Shown in pieces: positions 25,867-34,704 of a stretch of DNA of 64,000 nt (the first letter of the stretch is position 1; the number at the start of each line of letters is the position of its first letter). The DNA is taken from NCBI GenBank assembly GCA_001804415.1, contig MHGA01000006.1:14308-78307 (forward strand), written 5' to 3'. The stretch comes from Candidatus Aquivivens invisus (GTDB lineage Bacteria; Omnitrophota; Gorgyraeia; Aquiviventales; Aquiviventaceae). The notes under the pieces were generated by a model. It searched no databases, had not been told where the DNA came from, and saw nothing but the letters and a program-made list of their open reading frames with translations. The position numbers were made by a program, and so were the translations under genes.

Positions 25867-26568
25867 ATGCGCGCATTGATTCGAACGTTCCAGCGACGGG
25901 TGGTGCGGTGGTACGCGCGCCACCAGCGGAGGCTACCGTGGCGGCGGACGCATGATCCCTATAAGATTCTGGTCTCGGAGATCATGCTGCAGCAGACCCA
26001 GGTGGATCGCGTCATCCCCAAATACCGCGAATTCCTAAAGCGGTACCCCACCGTCGAAGACCTGGCGAAGGCGCGGCCAACCGAGGTTCGCAAGCTGTGG
26101 TACCCGCTGGGCTACAACATCAGGCCGCTGCGCCTGCGCAGGATCGCCAAGCAGGTTGTGGAGCAACACGGCGGCTCAATCCCTGGGTCGTATGACGGCC
26201 TGCTGGCGATGGACGGGATCGGCCGGTACACCGCAGGCGCGGTGCTGAGCTTCGCGTTCAAACAGGACGCGCCCATTCTCGATACGAATGTAGCGCGACT
26301 ACTCTCGCGCTATTTCGGCATCCGAGCGTCTCTCGCGCGCGGGAGGACGCGGCGTCGTCTCTGGGACCTGGCTGCGGCGGTGATCCCCACAGGGCATGGC
26401 TACACCATCAACCAGGCGATGATGGATTTCGGCGCCTTGGTGTGCACGGCACACAACCCTAAGTGTCCCACCTGTGTCTTGCGTCGATCGTGTCGGAGTT
26501 ATCCGTATGCGGCCGCTGCCTCACGTGCGCGTGGTACCCACCTGCAAGGTCGCCCTCGCCGTCGTTGA
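25867..26568 (+). CDS. mutY: A/G-specific adenine glycosylase MutY, catalytic HhH-GPD plus 4Fe-4S domain only (reading frame ends early)
   Basis: HhH motif, CTAHNPKCPTCVLRRSC cluster loop. Confidence 0.75.
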   Translation: MRALIRTFQRRVVRWYARHQRRLPWRRTHDPYKILVSEIMLQQTQVDRVIPKYREFLKRYPTVEDLAKARPTEVRKLWYPLGYNIRPLRLRRIAKQVVEQHGGSIPGSYDGLLAMDGIGRYTAGAVLSFAFKQDAPILDTNVARLLSRYFGIRASLARGRTRRRLWDLAAAVIPTGHGYTINQAMMDFGALVCTAHNPKCPTCVLRRSCRSYPYAAAASRARGTHLQGRPRRR

Positions 26569-26980
26569 GCGGCGCAAGCGCTACCTGATCTGCCGGCGCC
26601 GCGCCGATGCTCATTTCGGCGGCTACTGGGAGTTCCCAGGCGGGAAGAAAGAGGCACGGGAATCATGGGAGGCGTGTCTTCGTCGGGAGCTTCGAGAGGA
26701 ATTAGGCGTGTCGGTGCGGGCGTTGCGAGGGTTCGGGCGTCTGCAGCACCGATATCCTGATCGCCGGATCTCCTTTCGGATCTATCGCTGTCAGATCGCG
26801 CGTGGGCGCCCCAAGCCGTTGGGGACCGCAGACATCCGGTGGGCGACGGCCGAGGAGCTACCGCGCTACCGTTTCCCGCCCGCCGATCTGGCGTTGATTG
26901 CTCGCCTGACTGAAGCAGGGTCGTTGCCTCGTCGTCGACGGCATGCTATACTAACAAGACAGAGGAGGAATCGCTCATGA
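26507..26980 (+). CDS. NUDIX-fold domain corresponding to MutY C-terminal domain, in a different frame (frameshift or split gene)
   Basis: YWEFPGGKKE NUDIX-like block; overlaps mutY ORF by 62 nt. Confidence 0.55.
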   Translation: MRPLPHVRVVPTCKVALAVVERRKRYLICRRRADAHFGGYWEFPGGKKEARESWEACLRRELREELGVSVRALRGFGRLQHRYPDRRISFRIYRCQIARGRPKPLGTADIRWATAEELPRYRFPPADLALIARLTEAGSLPRRRRHAILTRQRRNRS

Positions 26981-27303
26981 TTGCACTGACACCAACAGCG
27001 GTTGAGGAAGTGAAACGGCTGATCGCCAAAGAACAGAAGCCGAACCTGGCTCTGCGTCTCGGGGTCAAGGGGGGCGGGTGCTCCGGCTTCAGCTACCAGA
27101 TGCTCGTGGACGAGGCGACGCCGAAGACCTACGACACCACCTTCGAGCAAGATGGCGTCAAAATCGTCGTTGATGCAAAGAGCCATCTCTACCTGGATGG
27201 CACCACCATCGACTTCAAGAGTGGTTTGGTCGGCGGTGGGTTTGAATTCAACAACCCGTTGGCCAAGAAGAGCTGCGGGTGCGGCTCATCGTTCAGCGTG
27301 TAG
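26977..27303 (+). CDS. erpA: A-type iron-sulfur carrier (ErpA/IscA/HesB family)
   Basis: C-terminal CGCGSSF, 108 aa. Confidence 0.85.
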   Translation: MIALTPTAVEEVKRLIAKEQKPNLALRLGVKGGGCSGFSYQMLVDEATPKTYDTTFEQDGVKIVVDAKSHLYLDGTTIDFKSGLVGGGFEFNNPLAKKSCGCGSSFSV

Positions 27304-27735
27304 AGTCTGAGCCTACTGCCTTCCGAACAGCCTTACAAAGTCTTCACGGTTGAAGAAGCCAACGCGCTCCTGCCTCGCGTTCGCCCGCTCGTCGAGCAGC
27401 TTCGGGCGCTGCAAGGCTCAATCGTCACGACCAACGAGCAGCTCGACGAGAAAGTGCACAAGCTCTCCGGAGGAAACGGCTATCCCTTGCAGGACCTGCG
27501 CCATCACATCGAGAAGCTGACCCGGCATCAGCTCCAACTGATCGAAGCCTTCCATTCCGCCCTCCAGCAGCTTGAGGAACTGGGGTGCGTGTTGAAAGAC
27601 CTCAGCCTCGGCCTGATCGATTTCTATACCGTGCGTGACGGCGAGCCGGCGTTCCTGTGCTGGAAGCTGGACGAAGAGACCGTACGGTTTTGGCATCCGC
27701 TCGATGCCGGCTACGCCGCCCGCCGACCCCTCTAA
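27304..27735 (+). CDS. DUF2203-like hypothetical protein with no canonical start codon; the frame opens directly after the erpA TAG in the same frame
   Basis: Conserved-looking N-terminus KVFTVEEANALLP begins 7 codons after TAG; first ATG/GTG only at 27454. Confidence 0.4.
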   Translation, partial: SLSLLPSEQPYKVFTVEEANALLPRVRPLVEQLRALQGSIVTTNEQLDEKVHKLSGGNGYPLQDLRHHIEKLTRHQLQLIEAFHSALQQLEELGCVLKDLSLGLIDFYTVRDGEPAFLCWKLDEETVRFWHPLDAGYAARRPL

Positions 27736-27737
27736 GC

Positions 27738-28088
27738 ATGGAATCCCGCCCGATCCCGTTTCACAAGATCCTCTTCGTGTGCGTCAACCGGAGGGCTGCG
27801 AACGAGATCTGCTGCGCCCATCGGGATAGCGAGACGATCGCCGCTCAGCTCAAGGAGCGCATCAAAGCCCTGGGGTTGTCTCGCGTCGTGCGGGTCAGCA
27901 AATCAGGATGCCAAGATCTCTGCGCGAAGGGGCCCAACGTGATGGTGTTTCCGGACGGTGTGTGGTATGACGGGGTGACGCCTACGGATGTGGAGCAGAT
28001 TATTCAGGACGCGATCCGTGACGTGCCAGGTGCACGAGCGCTTCCCGTACCACCAGCACCGCCAGTCCCAGCAAGACCAGGGCGATGA
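27738..28088 (+). CDS. Thioredoxin-like [2Fe-2S] ferredoxin (NuoE-like fold)
   Basis: Cys pattern FVCVNRRAANEICC...SGCQDLCAKGP; 3' end overlaps cstA on opposite strand. Confidence 0.65.
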   Translation: MESRPIPFHKILFVCVNRRAANEICCAHRDSETIAAQLKERIKALGLSRVVRVSKSGCQDLCAKGPNVMVFPDGVWYDGVTPTDVEQIIQDAIRDVPGARALPVPPAPPVPARPGR

Positions 28089-29667
28089 CGCCGATCCAAT
28101 CCCAGGCGCCTCGGCCCTGCAGCAGCGTGCTCACCCAGGGCTTGATCGTCAGCACCAGCGACCAGAGCGTCATCGTCACCATGAAGGCGGCAGGAATCCC
28201 GGTCAGCCACCAGGGACGGCGACTTCGTTTCAGCCAGACCGTGATGGTCAACAGGGTGAGCGCGGCCAGCAGTTGATTCGAGGTGCCGAAGATCGTCCAG
28301 AACACCTTCCACGCCGGCACGATCTGGCCTGAGGCGTCTCGGATGGTCAAGCTCACGCACACCGCCGGCAGGGCCAGGGTGCACAGCGTCGAGCCCACCC
28401 GTCCCCACCATCCGGTCCAGCCAGTCAGCTCCTGGAAGACATAGCGTCCTAATCGTGTCGCCACATCCAGCGTGTCGTAGATGAACGTGGCAAACGCCAG
28501 GAGCGCAAACGACCGGGCGAAATCCCGGTTGACCCCGAAGCGCGCCACGAATTGGCTCAGGCCATTGGCGTAAATCCGGTCGGGGGATTGGGCGGTCGTC
28601 GGATCCCCCGGAGCCAGCAGCATCAGCGTGGCCAGCGCGATCACGGCAACCAACCCTTCCAGCAGCATCCCACCATAGCCCACCAACCGGCAGTCTGATT
28701 CCCGGCTGATCTGCTTGGACGTCGTGCCTGAGCTCACGATGCCGTGGAAACCGGAGCACGCCCCGCAGGCGATCGTGACGAACAACATGGGGAACAATGG
28801 GAGCCCCCGTTGGCTCGTCCATCCGAGGAACGCCGGATACTGAATGCGCTCGCCCCCGAGGAAGAGGCCCACCACACCTGCGGCCAGCACGACGTACAAG
28901 AAGAACCCCCCGAGATACCCGCGCGGTTGCAGGAGTAGCCACATCGGCGCGATCGAGGCGAGCAGGCAGTAGGTGAGGATGATTCCGTTCCAGAGCACCT
29001 GCGGGCGCACCCCACCGAGCGCTGGCAAGGTCAGCGGGATGGATTGGCCGAGCCAGATGATCGCTCCCACCAGCGGCAGGAACACGCACGTCGCCAGCCA
29101 CAGCGGCAGGCGCAGCTTATAGAGGGAGAATCCCATCGCCATCGCGGCAGCGAGATACATCGCCGAGGAGGCGGCGACCCCTCCGCCGTAGGTCGCTTCC
29201 ACGAACGAGCCACTCGTCAAATCCGTAAACGCGATGATCACGTAGAGCAGGGACAGCCACACGAAGCCCATGAACAACCCGTGGGCTTTCGGGCCCAGCT
29301 GGTCGCGGACGATTTCCACAATCGAACGCGCGCGATGACGCACCGAGCCGACGAGGCTGGAGAAGTCGTGCACCGCGCCGAAGAAAATCGCCCCGAAGAC
29401 GATCCACAGCAGGGCCGGCAGCCATCCGAACCACAGCCCGGCGAGGATCGGGCCGACGATCGGACCGGCCGCGGCGATCGCCGAGAAATGTTGACCGAGC
29501 AGGAACGGGGCTTTGGCGGGCACGTAGTCCACGCCGTCGTTGAGCTCGCAGGCCGGCGTGGGTCGGCTGGGGGAGAGCTCAAAGCGTCTGGCCAGCCACC
29601 GTCCATAGAGGAGATAGCCGGCCAGAAACAATCCGCACGACGCAAGCGCGATGACGAACAGCGGCAT
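28000..29667 (-). CDS. cstA: Carbon starvation protein A (peptide/pyruvate transporter CstA family)
   Basis: 555 aa, CstA-family conserved blocks. Confidence 0.85.
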   Translation of the reverse strand: MPLFVIALASCGLFLAGYLLYGRWLARRFELSPSRPTPACELNDGVDYVPAKAPFLLGQHFSAIAAAGPIVGPILAGLWFGWLPALLWIVFGAIFFGAVHDFSSLVGSVRHRARSIVEIVRDQLGPKAHGLFMGFVWLSLLYVIIAFTDLTSGSFVEATYGGGVAASSAMYLAAAMAMGFSLYKLRLPLWLATCVFLPLVGAIIWLGQSIPLTLPALGGVRPQVLWNGIILTYCLLASIAPMWLLLQPRGYLGGFFLYVVLAAGVVGLFLGGERIQYPAFLGWTSQRGLPLFPMLFVTIACGACSGFHGIVSSGTTSKQISRESDCRLVGYGGMLLEGLVAVIALATLMLLAPGDPTTAQSPDRIYANGLSQFVARFGVNRDFARSFALLAFATFIYDTLDVATRLGRYVFQELTGWTGWWGRVGSTLCTLALPAVCVSLTIRDASGQIVPAWKVFWTIFGTSNQLLAALTLLTITVWLKRSRRPWWLTGIPAAFMVTMTLWSLVLTIKPWVSTLLQGRGAWDWIGVIALVLLGLAVLVVREALVHLARHGSRPE

Positions 29668-30008
29668 GCCAGAAGTCTACCAAAGGCATCGATGTCAGAG
29701 CAAGTCGTTAGGAGAGTGGATGGTGAACTAAATGCGCCCAAGAATGCACGTTAACATGATGGGGCGCATTTAAATGGAACCCCCCTGAATGTTAAGATGC
29801 ATTGGTGGTTCCATTTAGGACGGGGTGAGGGAGCGCAGCAATTCGCAGAGGATCTGGTTCGTTCGCTTGGCGCGCGCCTGCAGGAGCGGCACCTTCTGCT
29901 CGAGATGCTTGCGCACCTCCTTGCGCAAATCCCATGTCCGATCCAACACCGCGCACAGCTTGCCGATGTTGAGCTCCGCGATGGAGGCAAGCCTCTCTGC
30001 TCAAGAGT

Positions 30009-30746
30009 CTACCTGCGGCTGCGCAGCTTCGCCAAGAGCCTGATGATCTCGAGGTACAGCCACACCAAGGTCACCGTCAGGCCGAAGGCGGCGTACCACT
30101 CCATATACTTCGGGAGATTGTTCCGGGCGCCCTGCTCGATGAAGTCGAAATCCAGCACCAGGTTGAGCGCGGCCACCACCACGATGAACAGACTGATCCC
30201 GATGCCGATGGGGCCGCTGTCATGAAGAAATGGGATGGAGATGCCGAAGAAGGCCAGGACAAAGCTCGCGAGATAGACGAGCATGATCCCGCCGGTGGCC
30301 GCGGCGACCCCGAGGCGGAAGTTGGCCGTCACCGGAATCAGGCGGGAGGTGTAAGCGATCAACAGCGCCGCCAGCACGCCGAAGGTCAACGTCACCGCCT
30401 GCATCGCGATGCCGGGGTAGCTGACCTCGAACATCGCCGAGATGCCACCCAGCGCGAGCCCTTCCAGCGCGGCATAGAGCGGGGCTGTGAGCGGCGCCCA
30501 CGTTTTCTTGAGGATCGTCACGAACGCCACGACCAGCCCGCCTAACGCCCCCAGGGCGATGAAGCCCTGCACGGGAACGCCCATGAAGGCTTTGCCCCAC
30601 ACCCACGCGCTGGTCACCAGCAGCAGGCCCAGGAGCACCGCGGTTTTGTTGACGGTGCCCTGGATGCTCATGGCCGCGCCCGAGACCATGCCGCGCGCGC
30701 CGATAAACGTCCCAGCCCCTAACGCCGGATTGGCGGTTCGCATCAT
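30009..30746 (-). CDS. Bax inhibitor-1/YccA family membrane protein
   Basis: 7-TM, BI-1 family conserved regions. Confidence 0.8.
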   Translation of the reverse strand: MMRTANPALGAGTFIGARGMVSGAAMSIQGTVNKTAVLLGLLLVTSAWVWGKAFMGVPVQGFIALGALGGLVVAFVTILKKTWAPLTAPLYAALEGLALGGISAMFEVSYPGIAMQAVTLTFGVLAALLIAYTSRLIPVTANFRLGVAAATGGIMLVYLASFVLAFFGISIPFLHDSGPIGIGISLFIVVVAALNLVLDFDFIEQGARNNLPKYMEWYAAFGLTVTLVWLYLEIIRLLAKLRSRR

Positions 30747-30788
30747 CTGCGTGCTCCTGGTTGTTCGTGGTACCCACCCGTAGGGCGG

Positions 30789-30954
30789 TTACTCGTCCAC
30801 CTCAAACTGCGCCTCGCACACCCCGCACTCGTAGACCAAGACTTCGTAGCGCATCCCCACGAACCGCGTCTGCGTCAGGCCACAGTTCGGACAGGCGACC
30901 GGCGGCCGCCACGACTCCGGCTCTTCCTCGCCGATGTCCCCGCTCGCTGCCATG
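30789..30954 (-). CDS. Unlisted 55-aa zinc-ribbon protein (CPNCG...CGVC) downstream of hflC
   Basis: Own translation: MAASGDIGEEEPESWRPPVACPNCGLTQTRFVGMRYEVLVYECGVCEAQFEVDE; no clear SD. Confidence 0.4.
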
Positions 30955-30976
30955 GCGGCGTTTCGGCGTGCGCCGT

Positions 30977-31939
30977 TTACTTCGAAGCGGCGCCTGAGAG
31001 CCGTTTGAGGTAGCGGAAGTAATCGCTGTCGGTCGTGAGGATCAGCGTGCTGTGCTCGTCCACGGTGGCGCGGTAGGTCTCCAGCGTCTTCAAAAACGTG
31101 TAGAACTCGGGATCCTTGTTGAACGCCTCGGCATAGACCGCGGTTGACTCGGCATCGGCCTGGCCCTTCACCTCCTGCGCCGTGCGATATGCCTCGGAAG
31201 TGATCCGCTTCAACTCCTTCTCCATCTGGCCCTCGATCTCGGCCCGCTTGCCCTGGCCTTCCGAGCGGGACTTCTCGGCGGCTTGCTTGCGCTCGGCGAT
31301 CATCCGGTCGTAGATCTTCTGGCGGACCTCCTCGATGTAGTTGATCCGCTTGACCCGCATGTCCACCAGCTCGATCCCGTAGCTGGGGACCAGTTCAGAC
31401 GCCCGCGCCAGGATCAGACGGGTCAGCTCATCGCGGCCTTTCTCGATCCGCTCGCCGACTTCAGCCGGCAGGATGATGTCTTCTCCCGTCTCGATGGGTT
31501 CATCCAGCAGCCGGTTGGAGGACCGCACTACCTCCTGGAGGATGTGGCCGGTGACCACGTCCCGGGTGGCGGAGCCGATGATGTCGTTCAAGCGGGCCAT
31601 GGCGCCAAGCTCGCTGCCGACCGTCTGCATGAAGAGCAGCGGATCGGTGATGCGCCAGCGGGCCACCTCATCGATCAAGATGAACTTCTTGTCCTTGGTC
31701 GGAATCTGCGTCGGCAGCCCGTCCCATTCGATGAGCCGTTTGTCAAAGTAGTTCGCCTGTTGGATAAACGGGCGCTTGAGGTGCAAGCCGGCCGCGGTGA
31801 TCGGCGCTCCGATCGGCTCCCCGAATTGGGTAATGACTACCTGATGAGCCTCGGTGACCACGTAGAACACCCCGCCGGCCAGCACCAGGGCCACGAGGAT
31901 GACGAGCACGAGCAGCCCAGAGATGAATCGCGCCATCAC
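30977..31939 (-). CDS. hflC: Protease modulator HflC
   Basis: SPFH/band-7 domain, N-terminal TM, follows hflK with 4-nt overlap. Confidence 0.85.
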   Translation of the reverse strand: MMARFISGLLVLVILVALVLAGGVFYVVTEAHQVVITQFGEPIGAPITAAGLHLKRPFIQQANYFDKRLIEWDGLPTQIPTKDKKFILIDEVARWRITDPLLFMQTVGSELGAMARLNDIIGSATRDVVTGHILQEVVRSSNRLLDEPIETGEDIILPAEVGERIEKGRDELTRLILARASELVPSYGIELVDMRVKRINYIEEVRQKIYDRMIAERKQAAEKSRSEGQGKRAEIEGQMEKELKRITSEAYRTAQEVKGQADAESTAVYAEAFNKDPEFYTFLKTLETYRATVDEHSTLILTTDSDYFRYLKRLSGAASK

Positions 31940-32916
31940 TCCGCTCCTCCCTTCTGCAGCTGCAGGAACGGCAGGAGCGCCTGCTGGCTGGGATCGATGA
32001 TGTACTTCTGCTTCGAGGTCGCCAGCACCTGCGCCATGGCATCGAGATAGAGGCGCTTGCGGGTCACCTCCGGGGCCTGGCGGTACGCCTCCCAGGTGGC
32101 CAGGAAGCGCTGCGCCTCCCCCTTGGCGCGATTGACCACGTCCACGGCATAGCCCTCCGCCTCGCGGATCGTCTTCTCAGCCTCGCCTTTGGCCCTTGGG
32201 ATGACCTTGTTGTAGGCCTCCCACGCCTGGTTGATCGTTCGTTCTTTTTCCTGCTTAGCCTCGTTGACCTCGTTGAAGGCTGGCTGCACGCGCTCGGGCG
32301 GAGTGACATCCTGCAACTTCACGGTGACGATCTGCACGCCTGCCCCATAGCTATCGAGGATCCGCTGGAGCTCCTCCTGCGCCTGCACGTCGATCTCGGC
32401 CCGCTTGATCGTGAGGACCTCATCCACCGAGTAGTCGCCGGTGACCCGCCGCATGACCGCCTCGGAGATGTCACGGAGGGTTTCGCGCTGATCCCGGACC
32501 CGGAACAAAAACTGCACCGGATCCTTGATCTGGAATTGGACGATCCAGCGGATCTCCAGGACATTTAAGTCCCCGGTGAGCATCAGGGATTCGTCCCGGT
32601 AGAAGTCGGAACGGGTCTGGCGCGCCCCTTGAGCCTCCGCGCGAAACCCGAATTCCTCCTTGAAGATGCGCTTGACCTTGATGGGGATGGCCCGCTCCAC
32701 CAACAACGGGATCTTCATGTGCAGGCCCGGCGTCGTCGTCCGCACGTACTTGCCAAATCGCAAGATCACCCCCGCTTCATCCGGACCGATCGAGTAAAAC
32801 GACGTCAGGGCCGCCGCAAGCAGCAGGACCAACACGATGATCGCCGGCAGCCCTTTCAGCCAGCGTTGGACTTGAACGCTCTTCAAAATGTCCTCAGGAG
32901 ACTCGAAGTCAGCCAT
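31936..32916 (-). CDS. hflK: Protease modulator HflK
   Basis: SPFH domain, HflK-type. Confidence 0.85.
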   Translation of the reverse strand: MADFESPEDILKSVQVQRWLKGLPAIIVLVLLLAAALTSFYSIGPDEAGVILRFGKYVRTTTPGLHMKIPLLVERAIPIKVKRIFKEEFGFRAEAQGARQTRSDFYRDESLMLTGDLNVLEIRWIVQFQIKDPVQFLFRVRDQRETLRDISEAVMRRVTGDYSVDEVLTIKRAEIDVQAQEELQRILDSYGAGVQIVTVKLQDVTPPERVQPAFNEVNEAKQEKERTINQAWEAYNKVIPRAKGEAEKTIREAEGYAVDVVNRAKGEAQRFLATWEAYRQAPEVTRKRLYLDAMAQVLATSKQKYIIDPSQQALLPFLQLQKGGAE

Positions 32917-33154
32917 GCGTCACCTCCGTCCGTTGGCCTGAGCGCGAATCAGCGGCAGGTGGCGCCTGAGACCGCTCGGCGTGCTGCATGTGGATCGTGC
33001 GGATGGGAAACGGAATCGTAATGTTTTCTTGGTCATACCGTTTGTGGAGCCGCTTCACGAACTCATGCTTGAGGAGGTACTGATCCACGTACTCTTTGGC
33101 TCCGAGCCGATTTCCTCTCAGCTTCACTGCCACAGAAAAACGAGAAACCGCCAT
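32909..33154 (-). pseudogene. Remnant of an MscS-family channel (C-terminal about 55 aa only)
   Basis: FVKRLHKRYDQENITIPFPIRTIHMQ matches MscS C-terminus (cf. VKNRFDELGIEIPFPHRTLYW of 35020 gene). Confidence 0.55.
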
Positions 33155-33232
33155 CCGTTGTTTCCTCGGATGGCGGCCCGACCACCGACAACTCCTCTAA
33201 GAAGGAGCATGCGCTGCCTTCTTAGACCCTTC
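33134..33232 (-). terminator. Copy 1 of a repeated two-hairpin module ending (minus orientation) in GC hairpin plus U-run; downstream of ArsB/NhaD-family gene
   Basis: Hairpins ctctaagaagg/ccttcttagag and ccgccatccg/cggatggcgg, conserved linker GGTGGTCGGGCC. Confidence 0.6.
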
Positions 33233-33288
33233 GCAGTGCTTTCAGTGTACGTGCGCGAATGGAAAAAGCAAGAAATTTCCGGCCAACC

Positions 33289-34704
33289 TCAGTGCGGCAT
33301 GAGCGACAGTTGTGCCACGAGCAGCAGGTTCGCAACCAGCAGCGTCGGAACCGCAACCAGTAGACCCGCCCTAGCCCACTGAGCAAATGTGATGGTTCCG
33401 AGCTGGCGCCGCTCTAGCATCCCAGCGGCGACGATATTCGCGGTCGAACCGATCAGCGTTGCGTTCCCCATGAGTGTCCCGCCCATCAGCATGGCCCACC
33501 ATAGCGGAAAGGGATTGAGCCCCACGCGGGCCACATCCGAGACAATCGGCACAAATGTTGCCACGGCCAGCACATTGTCCATCACCGCCGTCAGGACGCC
33601 CGAGCTCCAGGCAAACAGCGTCGTGAGCACACCGAGATGTCCGCCGGAGAGTACCACAATCCGTTGCGCCAGCACATCGGTCACCCCAGTTTGCTTCAGC
33701 GTCCCGACCGAGGCGAACAAGAACAGGAAGAATGTCAGCGTCCACCAGTCCACACGCTTCTCCACCAGTTGACGCGCCTGATCGCCGCTCATCATCAGCG
33801 CCGCCCCGGCGCCCAGAAGCGCCACACCCAAGAGCATCGTATTTGGCGGCAGATGCAGCCAATGTTCGATGGGATGGTGGAGCACAAGTCCCACCACCAC
33901 ACTGCCGAAGAGCCAGCCGCTTTGCCGCACACCTGTCTTAGCGAGCCGGGCATCCGCCACGACGTGTTCGATGTGCTCCTCGCCGCGCTTGCCCGTCAAC
34001 ACGCCCTTCAGGCCAGCAATGTCCTTGGCGAAGAGCTTGAAGCAGATGGGAATCGTGATGGCCAGGCACACGGCCGAGATTGGTGTGGCCCAGCGCAGGA
34101 AATCGAGGAATGTGAGCCCGCTGCGCAACGCAATGATGACCCCGACCGGATTGCCCACCACCGTGGCGCTGGAGCCGATATTGGTCGTGAAGACCAGCAT
34201 CAGGATGAAAGGGATCGGGTTGAGTTTTGAGCCTTTGAGCAGGTTGAGCATTGCGGCGACCATGAACAGGATGGATGTCACCTCGTCCACCAGCGCCGCG
34301 GACACCGCAGCCATCATCATCATGGCCAGCATGATCCGCCTGGGGTGCGGGCCAACGAGTTTGAGTAGGCGCTCGATGAGATGCTCGAAGAATAGCTGCT
34401 CCTCCATGAAGCCGATCACCATCATCATGGCCAGGAGGAACGCGATGATGTCCAATCCGGCGAACTCGACGAAGTGTGGGACGTCGAGGAGTCCAGCCGC
34501 CAGCAGACCAGCGATGCCAAAGCAGGCGAAGGCCAGCCGCTGGCGCCAGAACAAGATGGCGCCGTACAAGACCACGCAGAAGCCGCCGACCGCGAGAGTT
34601 TGGGAAGCGGTGAGACCCAGTCGGGCGAGGAGCAAGGGCGTCAGGACAACACCGGCGAGATACCACAGCCAGTCTCGCTTCGCTGAGACGAGGTCACCGA
34701 TCAT
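33289..34704 (-). CDS. ArsB/NhaD-superfamily (CitMHS-type) ion transporter
   Basis: 12-TM, duplicated halves typical of the ArsB/NhaD permease superfamily. Confidence 0.7.
   Translation of the reverse strand: MIGDLVSAKRDWLWYLAGVVLTPLLLARLGLTASQTLAVGGFCVVLYGAILFWRQRLAFACFGIAGLLAAGLLDVPHFVEFAGLDIIAFLLAMMMVIGFMEEQLFFEHLIERLLKLVGPHPRRIMLAMMMMAAVSAALVDEVTSILFMVAAMLNLLKGSKLNPIPFILMLVFTTNIGSSATVVGNPVGVIIALRSGLTFLDFLRWATPISAVCLAITIPICFKLFAKDIAGLKGVLTGKRGEEHIEHVVADARLAKTGVRQSGWLFGSVVVGLVLHHPIEHWLHLPPNTMLLGVALLGAGAALMMSGDQARQLVEKRVDWWTLTFFLFLFASVGTLKQTGVTDVLAQRIVVLSGGHLGVLTTLFAWSSGVLTAVMDNVLAVATFVPIVSDVARVGLNPFPLWWAMLMGGTLMGNATLIGSTANIVAAGMLERRQLGTITFAQWARAGLLVAVPTLLVANLLLVAQLSLMPH

Noticed and set aside
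28000-28088. 89-nt convergent overlap between the ferredoxin 3' end and cstA 3' end as a functional antisense arrangement
   Set aside because: The ferredoxin tail (PVPPAPPVPARPGR) is probably just a late stop codon in GC-rich DNA. There is no evidence of regulation.
29797-30225. 142-aa plus-strand ORF upstream of and overlapping the BI-1 gene
   Set aside because: It overlaps a strongly supported minus-strand gene, has no recognisable domains and looks like a GC-driven open frame.
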